A DNA stretch of 64,000 nucleotides from Raillietiella orientalis. Its lineage: Eukaryota. The notes under the pieces are model-generated. The model saw nothing but the letters and a program-made list of their open reading frames with translations. It did not search any database and was not told the origin of the DNA. Position numbers and translations under genes: made by a program. The stretch covers positions 3,410,001 through 3,474,000 of the forward strand of contig JAYWIR010000018.1 in the NCBI GenBank assembly GCA_036172245.1, read 5' to 3'. Shown one piece after another: positions 30,063 through 41,436 of the stretch (position 1 is the first letter of the stretch; every line of letters begins with the position of its first letter).

Positions 30063-30568
30063 CATGTTTCGCAGCATTTTTAGGTAAAAACATTACACAT
30101 CGGAGTCATTTTTTCTCTGTCCCTATTTTCACCTACTGTTAGTCAAAACTCCTAAGCAATAATGTTTTTCATACATGAATTAAGAAATCGAAGTATGTTG
30201 ATTGCAGTTTGCATTTCGAAGCCTTGTGCTACTGTTCGATAATTTAACGGTGGTTTGTTTTTATGTAATTCTATAATTCAGTTCACGTGAAGTTTCTGTA
30301 TTAGTTTATTTAATTTAAGACTGATGATCCAGGTCTATTATGTTGTCCATGCTTCTCCAAAATAAGAAGCTGTGTAGCTAATCCATGATGTTACTAGTTT
30401 TGAACAACTGTATTTTTTGTGATCTCAGTATAACATATATTTGAGTCCAGTGACAGGAAGTGAGTAATTTTTATATGACAAGCCCGGCATGTTTTAACTG
30501 TGCTTACAACACATAAGGACATTGATAGTAAAACATGCTTGAGCTGAAAATCAAGTTTAAGTGAAATC

Positions 30569-31835
30569 ATGTATACGTTATTATCAGGATTATGGCGATA
30601 CATGCTAAAGAAAGATGAATATTTCGTCCTGATAGTAGGTTTGGATAATGCAGGAAAAACGGTAGTTATTTTCTTTTATTAAACCTCTTAACATTGAAAA
30701 AAAAAAATAATTGGCACGAATTATGTTATTACGTTTCTAGTGCTTTTAAATTCTGGCAGTAATATTTCGGTAATGTTGCTTGAAGAATTATTATAAACCT
30801 AAGTACAAGTCCAAATATGTAACTATAACAGAAAAGTTTTTCAAACTGGATACTTTCCTGTTATAATTATTAAAAATTAGGAGGTCACAAACCTTTACAA
30901 ATCCTTGTAATAAATGTTCAACAAATTAAGTTAGTGGAGTGCAAGCATCAGTCATTAAAATGAATATTCCATTCTTTTTAAAGACATTTTTAGAAACTGC
31001 AAAGACAAAACTGAAAAAAAAATTTAAAGGTGTTAATCTTAGCAGAATAACTACTACTGTTGGATTAAATATTGGTAAAATAGATGTAAATGGAGTGAAG
31101 TTAAGTTTTTGGGATTTAGGTGGACAAGAAGAATTGCAATCTCTTTGGGATAAGGTAAAAAATAAACTTGGATATTTCATTTAATCATATGAAAAATAGA
31201 AATTTAAAAAACCTAATCTACAATGTGTTTTTATAAAGCTCTTAAAATATTTACCTGAACGTTTGTATGTAATGATGCATAAATTAGTTTTGTTTTAATT
31301 ATACTTGTTAGAAAATAGGGCTATAATACTCATGTGCTTTTTATTCTGTTGTTTTCATAATCAGTACTATGCTGAAGCACATGCCATTATCTATGTAATT
31401 GATGGGGCAGATAAAGACAGACTCATGGATTCCAAAGCAGCCTTCGGTAATTGAAAATTCAATGTAATTGTCTATACATAATAGAAAAGTGGTTAATTTT
31501 AGATAAAATGATCAGCTTTAAAAGTTTAAATGGAGTTCCTCTTTTAATATTATCTAACAAACAAGATATTCCAGAATCTATGGGTGTACGGGAAGTAAAA
31601 CCTGTTTTCATTGAGAGTGCTCATCTCATTGGAAAGCGTGATTGTATGGTGATGCCTGTGTGTGCATTAAATGGGTGAGCATCATCTAATATACTGTTGA
31701 TTTCATTTTTGCAAAAACACACAAACATGTAATTTTTCTTCTAGAGATGGTGTAGATGAAGGTGTAAGATGGCTTGTACAATGCATAAAGAAAAACCGAG
31801 ACATTCGTCCTCCGTCAAACAAACAAGACTTTTAG
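30569..31835 (+). CDS. ARFRP1: ADP-ribosylation factor-related protein 1, 202 aa. Exons 30569-30661, 30984-31154, 31365-31446, 31503-31674, 31745-31835
   Basis: MYTLLSGLWRYM..EYFVLIVGLDNAGKT|TFLE..ITTTVGLNIGKI..FWDLGGQEELQSLWDK|YYAE..NKQD..CALNGDGVDEGVRWLV. The 609-nt frame is open, and the N-terminal MY (no Gly2) is typical of ARFRP1. Confidence 0.96.
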
Positions 31836-32093
31836 GATATTTTATTTTTCTTTCATTCCTATTAAAGCCAATATAGGTTGCATAGTCATCAGCTTTTGCA
31901 GATGCTGATCTGTATTGGTAATGTGAACTTATGTTGTCTCATCACTTTTAAAAATAAGATTATAGTTGGTGGCAAGCCATGCTGAATGTATTTGTACCAC
32001 CAAAGTGCTTGTATAATTGAAGATTCCATTTGTTAATTTGTTTGTTCCTTAGGCAAGTTTTTCATTTGGACCACTCAACTGCTATCACTGAAA

Positions 32094-32324
32094 ATGTATT
32101 GCCTTCAATGGCTCATTCCTGTATTACTCATTCCCAAACCTATGAATCCTGCTTTGCTACAAAATCATACCATGTTCATAATTTTGTATCTTATAAGTTT
32201 TTTTCTCGAACGCAAGCCATGTACCATTTGCAGTCTGGCATTTCTTGTTACTGTCATCTTGATTTGTTATAGTGGATTGGGAAGCTGTTTATTGTGGAGT
32301 ACTGCTCAGTGTGATAACAGCTGA
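32094..32324 (+). CDS. BLCAP: Bladder cancer-associated protein (BC10) homolog, single coding exon, 76 aa
   Basis: [51 protein letters not shown] matches the BC10 family signature ([26 protein letters not shown]). Confidence 0.95.
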   Translation: MYCLQWLIPVLLIPKPMNPALLQNHTMFIILYLISFFLERKPCTICSLAFLVTVILICYSGLGSCLLWSTAQCDNS

Positions 32325-35300
32325 AGCATGCATTACTTAAAGCTTGCAATTATGGATGCTTTGATCTCAATATACTAAGCACTATGCAAAATCTTTTGAA
32401 TAGATGTTTAAAAATGAAAAAGGTTCTTGTGAAGTTTGCTGTGTTCTGCATAACTTATTGTGATATGATTTTGTTTATCCCAGCATTTACATCCTAGCAG
32501 CTATTGTGGATTGATGAATGGAGGAATCTTTACAAAATATGAAAAAGGAAGTTGGTCCACCAGTTGAGTATTGGAATGTGGTTTATATTTAGGGTTGTTT
32601 TAAATACTGATCAACATTCACTTCCTATTCACTTGTATATGTTTTTTTCTAAATGTTGACTTCTGGTTAGCAACCTCTTTGGATTGATAAATACATGGAC
32701 TGAACTGTGGTTTAAAAATTTAAGTGGAAACATCCATCAGCATATGATTATTGTTTTGTAACTTTCAGATATTTTGTGCTTCAACAATAGGGTCAGAGTT
32801 GCATTTTTATTATGTGAAGACAGCAAAATGATGTCAAAAAAGATAAAATAAAATTATTGAATTGTAGTAACACTAGAATACTTGACTGAAATATCAGGAG
32901 TTGATTTAAATGAATGTTTTAAAGAACAGCTGGACTCAGTTCCAAGGCTTTCAAAAGTGAAATATATCAATTGTTCTGTTGAATTTTCCATTTCTTTCTA
33001 CATTGCATTCCACAAAAATGGGAGGGAGCCTTACTGAGATGTAACTTTTGATAACTGATTTAATATTGACATTCTGATCTTGAACTTATACTATAACTGG
33101 TGTAAAGTCATTAAGTGCATGTACACTATTGTTATGATATGGTATTATTGATATGGTGTTTGTAAATAATTTAAAAACTTTTTGTGAACATCTTGAGGTT
33201 TGTAGACAATGATCTGAAAGTACAGGCTTGAATTTGTTTTTAGATTTTTCAAAAATAGTAAACCAACATAATCAGTAGACTCATGAACAACAGATATGTG
33301 TTTTAACTTGTATGGGCTTTGTCTTCACATATAAAATATTTTTGGGTGTTTGTTTACTTGAGCATATGTGTATGTGCACATTGATTTGTCAATCTTTACT
33401 TTCTTCAAGCAATTCGTAAATGTATCTGCATTAACAAGTGTTGGCTTTACGGTAATGCACATGCACAATAAACTCAAGTTATATGTTGTGCTGATGTTAA
33501 AATCACAAGCAATCCAAAACTCAAAACAGGAAAAATCGAATTACCAAAGATTAAAAAAATATGCTGTTATTGTATACCATTTTATTATGCGACTTTTGCT
33601 ATTACTCTGAATAATTTTATGAAGTTTGCAAATGTGTTACTGTGCATGTGGTCACTGAACTGTTTTTAAAGAATGCAAATGATAAAATCACTTTCTTTTT
33701 ATGACCTGAATGCTGGTTATGATGATAAAATACTACAGATCAGTGCTTGCAATCTGCTTACTCCTGTCCCAATGAATGGTAGTTTTAATGAAAACTCGTC
33801 TGTTATGCTCAGGGTGATTTAGAATCTCTAATCACTAAAGAACGTAATATGTTTCCCAACAAGTAACTACTATATCATTCCTTACAATATGATGATTATT
33901 CAGTTTTCCAAATGTTCACAGAAACACGGGTTTGTGATATTCAAAAATTCACAACATAACTTTGCAGACATGAATAGAAAGCAGCCTGAATACTTTCAAA
34001 AAATAAGATTAAAATGGAACTAAGCCAAAACGATTTTGGCAATACATATGAGAATGTTATCAAAAAACGCCCCAATGAAATCACTCTGAAAGAATTATGC
34101 ACAGAAACCAATTTAGGTTGAACCAATATGTGCTCATATTTAAGGGAAATTGCGGATATGTACTATTGAAATTGACAGTAAAGGACGATCAACATGGAAC
34201 GGATGGTGCAAAATGATTGCACTCGTTGCAAAAATATCCAATAAATAAGGTGCAATTCATATTGTTTGGTGTTTTCAAATAATGTGTTGCATGAATTCGA
34301 AAGCAAAACCATGGTGCTAAGGCGAAGAAATAAAATTTCAATACGCTAATGTAGGCAGAGGTAAACTTTGTGCAACTCATTTGTGAAAATAACTTTGTGT
34401 TTTGGTACATTTACTTCTCTCTCGACAAAATCTCTCTAGCGATTAACGTGACAAAATCCCAAATGATTTGCAGTATCATGTAATTTTCAAAACCTCTTTG
34501 TTACTCTTGTAGACTCTGCAATATTTTACAGTAGTATCAAATGCAAGGTTTGCAAAAATGTAAACCTTGATTTGTTGACATAAAAGCAATGATTTTTACA
34601 TTTCGATAAGGGAGAGGCGGGGACCTTTTAAATTTGTTTTCTCACTACATCAGCTCTTGTATCACATTCTTAGAAATCTATTTCTTCCTTCCATCTTTTA
34701 ACCTCTGCTCAATAATTCTCATTCTTGGGTCAGTAAGTCGTACTGATAACCAACTCATTAGTCAGATTCCCTACGAAAGAACCGGAATTCGCTACGACTT
34801 TTTTCCAATGAAACACTTTATGCTACACGAGTTGACTCTGAATGTGAAGGAACTACAAGACTACTAAACTATGCTTTTAAAACTGGTCTCCTTGCTTTAA
34901 TCCATACTATCAAAGCTCTGTTTGTTTGTTATACATACGGATGAAGATATCAGGCTAGTCAGTGGACGATTTCTATCACATGAAAGTTGTCTTCTGGTCT
35001 CCATAATGTGTGAGGCAGCACCTGCATCAGTTTAAGGTGTGCTGCTTTTCAAGTAGTCCGAAGAGTGCGTCCACAGAGGAAATGAAACTTAGTCATCGAA
35101 TAGAGCTGACAGTTTAGAAGGGTCATCGTTATGTCGAGGAATCTTCATTTCCGTGAGACTGGAATTTTAAGGAGAATCGATCCAGGCTAGAAAATTGCCT
35201 GGACAAGTCTAGAAAGTTTTATATTAATTAACATGTCTCAAAGTGTTCTCTATTTTATTCCTTTGGAATCACTCGTAACGTTATGTCGCTCAAGGTCAGC

Positions 35301-37090
35301 GTTAGATCATGGTGTGTGGCACAGGTAATGTTAATCTGTGAAATTCAAGAAATAAAACAGAGAGAAAGAAATACAAGTTAAGTTCTGAATTTCGTTTCAA
35401 ATGTAATTTTCTGATCCTGTTAAATACCGGAAGAGACTTAAGAGAAAACAGATATCAAGAGGTTCAAATCAGACAAACAGGATGCGTAGCCATGGAGTTA
35501 GCACTACAGTCATCCCGTAAGAGATCGTAGCCCGATCAAAGATGGATTATTTCAAGATTGGATTCATCGGGTTAAACTTAAAACAGGTTGCAAAGAAGGA
35601 ACGTCTAATTCCTTTTCAAGCAAAGCTGAAATGAAGCAAGGTGCTATAAAAACAGTACGTTTTGAATTAGATGAAAATGCATGCGGGCTATACCAGTTGT
35701 GTAAACAGGAGGTAACCGCATCGAACATTCAGTATGTTTGGTTTCAATTTTTGCATCGTTGCTCTCCTTTTCTTCTTATTTCCAATGCTTATACCCATTT
35801 AATCCTAAGGTTTTCGAACATGCCACGTCACTGTGAAATTCGAAACTTTGAGACTTCAAAAGCCACGCGATCCAGCTTCATTAGTGCGCAGTTTATACAT
35901 ACTGTCATGTAGGAGGTTTAATATTGATCTAAAAAGGAAAAAAAGGAAAAGCAAACAAAAGAAAAACATCACTCATTTGACTGAATGGATTACTGAATGA
36001 TAAATAATCAATGTAAAAAAAAACTCCAATAAGTTGGGTAAATTGTTCTGCGAATGGATGTATTTTGTCTAAGGTAATTGAACACGAACAGAAAATGTCT
36101 GTTGGAAAGCATAGAGAATATGATGGCCTCTACTGATTGTTCTCTAAAAATGCACATGCAGCACTGAATAGAAAATTGGTTACTGCTTGCGAAAATTTTC
36201 AATTCGTATAAACTTCTCTGACCCGGAAATGGAATAACAATAACAAACGGTCCATGCTGCTGCGAATGGCAGCTCCGAAGATTTCTCCAGAGAGATATCT
36301 AATTTCTATTGGTATTTTTTTCGAGACACATACATGTCCAAGTAAAGTAGCAAAATACATAGAAAAAAAGTTTCTTGTTTTTCTAAAAAGATGAACAAAC
36401 AAAAAGAAAAACGCAAAATCTATTGATATTGTGATTGTCTAACATTCCGGATATTGTGGTATGAACATGCATATGCAGATAGTAATGATCTTGGAGTTGG
36501 AACACGGAAATCATCTGCAGGAATCAGAAATTGAGTCTTCCTTCGAATGAGAATCTTTCTAGTGGTGGTTGGAGACATCTCTAATGGACTATCTGTTGAC
36601 AGATTCCAACGTACAAAAAAGTTTTCAGTACATCTTATGTTGCTTTTCTTACGCTCACTTACGTAATGGCTATTCCAGCATTCATCTCAGGGAAGCGTCT
36701 GGAAAGAAAAAGCAAAAAATCTAATTAAAAATTCTTCTGTGACAATTACTATTATTGCATGCAATAGGAAATAATAGAATATAGAATGGTTGTCGAAAAT
36801 CAAGAGTCTGCTTCTCAGTACCTCACTTCGATTACCAGTATCTCTTCAGCTGCTTTATCGGTTTTCCGACAAAGGAACATCAAATAAGTATTAAAACGAG
36901 ACACAAAAAAACGTTACACCCAGTTTCTTTGTGAAAATGGATTCCGAAGCTCAGAGAATGAGCGAAGCTTTTTTTAGATCTTGACTCCTGGGAAAACGAC
37001 TAGGTAAAATACCGAGTGCAGGAAAAACGGGCTCTGAATTCCTGAAGAATAGACGCACGCTCGGACACACTACGTGAGCCCATAATCTTA

Positions 37091-37115
37091 ATTGGAAAAT
37101 GACGTCACTCTTCCT
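37091..37115. promoter_or_regulatory. CCAAT (reverse) plus CRE (TGACGTCA) motif cluster in a CpG-rich patch
   Basis: ATTGG at 37091-37095 and TGACGTCA at 37100-37107, at the start of the CpG-rich domain. No gene firmly assigned. Confidence 0.3.
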
Positions 37116-38283
37116 TCTTATGAACGGCTGTCCTGTCAGTTATTAGTTGGGCGCAGCGCGATAAACGCAGATCTTGTTGATAGGATGAGGCGTAAACGCA
37201 GGAAAATAATACGATGAAAGCGACTGCCATAATGCAAGCTCAACTTGACGAAAGGGATCGATGTTTTCATAATTATGCATCTGTTCTTTAAGAAAACTGT
37301 TTCCTATTTCGCAAGTACCTATCTTTCCGCAATTGAATGAAACTCGAAGCAGTCGATATCTCTTCCGGAACTAAGAACCCCTCTGATAAGGGGAGCACAA
37401 GGAAAAGGCTCTGCGAAAGCAAAGGATGTTGGTAAATTCGATAGAAATCATAGCAATCTTTCAGTTTCCTCCTTCATTAGTACTACTCCCCCAGCTTGTA
37501 AAGGAACAAGGCAGTTAATGAGAATTATCCAATGAAGGGGACGAGATGGCAAATCGGGATGCCAGAATCCAGGAACAGTGAGAAAGAACCGTGAACGCTC
37601 TGAGAATAGAATCTGGGATAGGCACAGAAACCAAACCAGAGTCGGGAGTGATTTTGCTGTGAGAAGTATTCAAAACGGAATTCTAGGGGCATTAATGCGC
37701 TCGAAAGACTCCTCTCGGAGAAGGCCTCCCAGTACTCAAAAACTTGTGGAAATTTTTCCAAGCATGTTAAATTTTATCTTCTCTCATCAGATTCATCTCG
37801 TATCTTGTCTACCTGAACCCCATTCTTAGATGTCTAACTGCTGATTGCTGCCATAACTCCTGATATATCACAAAATTGGTAATTCTGAAGCGTAACCTAT
37901 TTCAATGGACTTGACAATTTAGTGGAATCCAGGAGCAGCAAATCCAGGAGCCTCGTCAAAACCTCTTTACTTCACCAGTTCTCAATTTTCTTCTTTTATG
38001 TACTTCGACTTAGTTTCCCTTCTCATTCCACCCGAGGAGCTGGAATGAAGTTGATGATTTTCGACTGAAGGATGCAAGAAAATAATATTCCCAAAGATGA
38101 GACTATTTTTGAATTGATGGCCATCTCTCGTCAACGCAAAAGAACAAGCATGAGAAGGAACGTCCGGAGGACCAAAATGCAAGATCTGAATTTCGTGAAC
38201 CAGGAAAGAAGTGAAATTCATAACATCTTGTCCCGTCTCAGCATCTGATGGAAGTCCCTTGACGAAGTGAACGCAAAAGAATC

Positions 38284-38328
38284 ACGGGAACGATTAGAAG
38301 CAGAAGTCCTGCTCCTAATCGTTCCCGT
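38284..38328. repeat. Inverted repeat, 20-bp stem with 5-nt loop
   Basis: ACGGGAACGATTAG-A-AGCAG / AAGTC / CTGCT-C-CTAATCGTTCCCGT, with one A.C mismatch. Confidence 0.85.
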
Positions 38329-38760
38329 AAAGGAGTCTTGCTCTTTGTTCTCACAATAAGCATCCCGGAGTCTCATCTGCTCGGCATCGTCTTGTCTGAA
38401 GAGTGTTCACTCAAATGGAGAGGAGAGGTTGAGAGCTTTCGCAAATGTTGGACTCGAAGAGTCCAATCCCACATGTTTTTGCCCTCATTAGTGGACGAAA
38501 GATGAGCAAAAATCACGGTTCAAGAGTTTGAAATGCGAATAATCTATTGCTCGTGCATCCTTCACGAAAGTCCAATAATACTCTGGAAGCGCAGTTTCCA
38601 AAGAGCTCGCGCATACAAGAGTATCGGTCTGTCCACACACCGCTTCTGTAGAATAGTCACGTTGATTTTCATGGCCATCCTTGGAGGCTTTTCTTCTGTG
38701 AAACGGAAATATTCGAAGCTCTTTTGTGATCTCAATGTGTCGAGAGAAGCGCTTCTCTGA

Positions 38761-38818
38761 ATCTTGGGGAAGCTTCCAGGAATCATGGATCCACAAATCT
38801 TGGATGTTTCCCCAAGAT
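38761..38818. repeat. Inverted repeat, 21-bp stem with 16-nt loop
   Basis: ATCTTGGGGAAGCTTCCAGGA pairs with TCTTGGATGTTTCCCCAAGAT (two G.T pairs, one mismatch). Confidence 0.8.
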
Positions 38819-39905
38819 CCAGGATTTGTATCCAAAAGCTCGAAACCATTCTTTCTCGAATGCCAGGAAAACCGAAAAGTCATTTCAATGAAGTTTTTGG
38901 TTTTCAGGGAATTCCAAAAGAATGAAAGAGTTGGTCGACCTTCTGGGCAAGTACACTGCCCGTGCTTTCACTAATTGAACTGCGAAGTCGATGAAGGCTA
39001 CGTATGAAAACATCAAACGTTTCTTGGTACCAACTCTGAAATCCAAATCTCCCACTCCCTGATCCCTCTTGTCAATCAGAAAATCGTCAACTCATGAGAG
39101 GAATGCATCATGCTCACACTCTGGCCTGGACCCAATTCCAGGGTCTTAACTTGACATGGGCATGCCTAACATAACACTTGCAAAGCACTTTTGTCTCCGA
39201 GTTCATTGGAGAACTTGCGCAACACGGATGTTGTCAGCAGAGTTGGAAAATAATCTCTGTACCCGCATCCGTTCGTGAATGCAGGAGCAATTGTTTCATT
39301 TGCTTTCCCAGTCTCAGCCACCTTTTCTGGCTGCGCCCCTGTCGGTTCTGTAGTGTGCCACATGCGGAGTTGCGGAACCGTTTCCGCACCCTGTCGCGGA
39401 CTTTGGTGCTCGTCGCACAGCTATCAGCGCCTCGAGATACTATCTTGGTTCACTTCCCCTCATTTTCACTCCTTTTCCTCTTCTTCCCAAGGAAACACTG
39501 CTTCGCGCGTGGCTGACCTTTGCACCCTGATCCGACAGCAGCCCCGCACTTGCGTGGAAAAGATTGTGGAGACCCAGCCAGCAAAGGTGGGAGGCCGCGC
39601 GCTTCGTCCCCTCCATGATGATCAGGGTGGATCGAAATGACTTTGTCTGTAGCAAGGAGAGGGAGAGGACGACACCACCGCAGCATGTACCGCAGGCTGC
39701 CGAAGGCGCAGCGGTCACTGACCGGTGCCAGCACACCCTCTGTCCCTTATTAATGATCTGTTTTATTTCCCCATCCCCTTCATCATTTCTGTCTTCTGTG
39801 GTAGCCGACCTGAGAGCTGAAGGTCTAAATCCCTTCCCAAGATCCTGGGTGTTGAGGGAAAGGGGGTTCTCTTTTGTAGACGGAATGACCTCTCGCTCAA
39901 GGGCT

Positions 39906-39968
39906 GAACTCTAGCAGAAAATCCGAAGTGACGGCAGCAGCTCCACTTCAGATGGCACCCGTCCCAAA
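39906..39968. repeat. Copy A of a 63-nt hairpin-containing dispersed repeat
   Basis: 52/63 ungapped identity to 41374-41436 by manual alignment. Confidence 0.8.
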
Positions 39969-41373
39969 TCTTCCACACGAAAGTCGTGCCGAGAGTATAA
40001 GCAGCCAGTTTATGCAACAAACTTTGAGCAGCAGACATTGGGATGTTCATAAAGTTCTAAAGGAACAGTAGGTCCGTTTTTCCTGGAATAGGAGATAAGG
40101 TTCCAAGATTGTCCTTTCTCTTGTAAGAAGGATGATTATGTCGTTTCTCACACGTTCAAATCAATTGGTTCCGCTTTGCAGAGCGAAATGGTACAGCGAT
40201 GAGGATGCAATGGGAGTTTCTACGATCCGTCAGTGCGATCTCATAAGAACAGACAAGAATAAGGGATCCGCGCATTGAAGATCCAGCAGCCGAGGAGAAA
40301 GACGAAACTCAGAGGCCTCCGCCGTCATGACAACCAGATCGAGCTGCACAATCAGCTGCATCCGTCGAGACAGCTGTTTTCCTTTTCCGGAAATTCTCCT
40401 GGGAACCACGAGTCACCTCGAATCAGTCTGACTCCATGCATGTCCAAGCAACGAGTTTCTGCTTCCGCTTACAAACACACTCAAGATGGCTTCCACTTGT
40501 TGAGTAATGCACCCTTAGAACCGAAGCTCACAGACGCCCATGTGTGGGAAATCCCCTTTACTTGTCCACGGCAAATGGTTGCCGATCTTTCTACCTCATG
40601 AGTGCCGTCAGCTCAACTACCGAGCGTGGACTGAGAGCTGAACGATGTGGCGGACGGGTTCCCTCTCCAGAATTTCTCTTCTTCTTTGTCATCTGTGGAC
40701 CCTCAATTTCCTGTCTATTTCTTGCTAACTTCGGAGAGAATGCGCGGTGCCTGTACGATTACTTGAACCTCCTCAGGTTATCTTAAAAAGCAAAGAAGCA
40801 GAATGCTCCTCAGGCTCGGCGAGACGAAAAGTGGCAGGGAGATTGTCGGAGGCGAAGATTTTTATCCTTAAAGTGCACCAGCAAGGGTTCATTTTGCGTT
40901 GCTTCTGAAACGGAGGGCAGCCCCTCAGAGACGAGGCGATGAAATGTGAAACGGTTGGTTCATCCCCACTACTCCCTCGAAGTCAGCGTTTCCTTAGTTT
41001 TGCCTTCAGTCTTGCTGTTGTTTGCGCTTGGAATGGCTGAAGGAGTTACGTGATGACATCAAGTCGGAGCAACAGAGGAAGTTCTAAATCAACGAAAGGT
41101 GCTGAGAAATCTGCTCCTTTTCTTAAAATCAACAAAAAAGAAAGAGGCATCTTGAAGGCGTAAACTTTCCCTTTCCCTTTTGCCGCTCTTTCATGCCATC
41201 ATCCGACAAAGAAGACAATGAAGAAAAAAAATGGATGGGGGAATTCAAGGCTGAGGCATAGGAACAGCAGGGAAACATTCTTCACTAGAATGAAGCGATA
41301 GCGATCTGTACAGGGGAGCAATCATTCCTGGGGAGACCTTTCTTGAAAACGGATGTGCTGTCCCTGAGGGGAA

Positions 41374-41436
41374 GAACCCTGGCGGAAAATCCAAAGTGAC
41401 GCAAGCAGTGCCACTTCGGATGGCACCCATTCCAAA
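41374..41436. repeat. Copy B of a 63-nt hairpin-containing dispersed repeat
   Basis: 52/63 ungapped identity to 39906-39968 by manual alignment. Confidence 0.8.

Noticed and set aside
39900..39960. Hairpin followed by CTAG on the minus strand as a Helitron 3' end
   Set aside because: The second copy has CCAG, and similarity between the copies continues past this point, so it is not a terminus.
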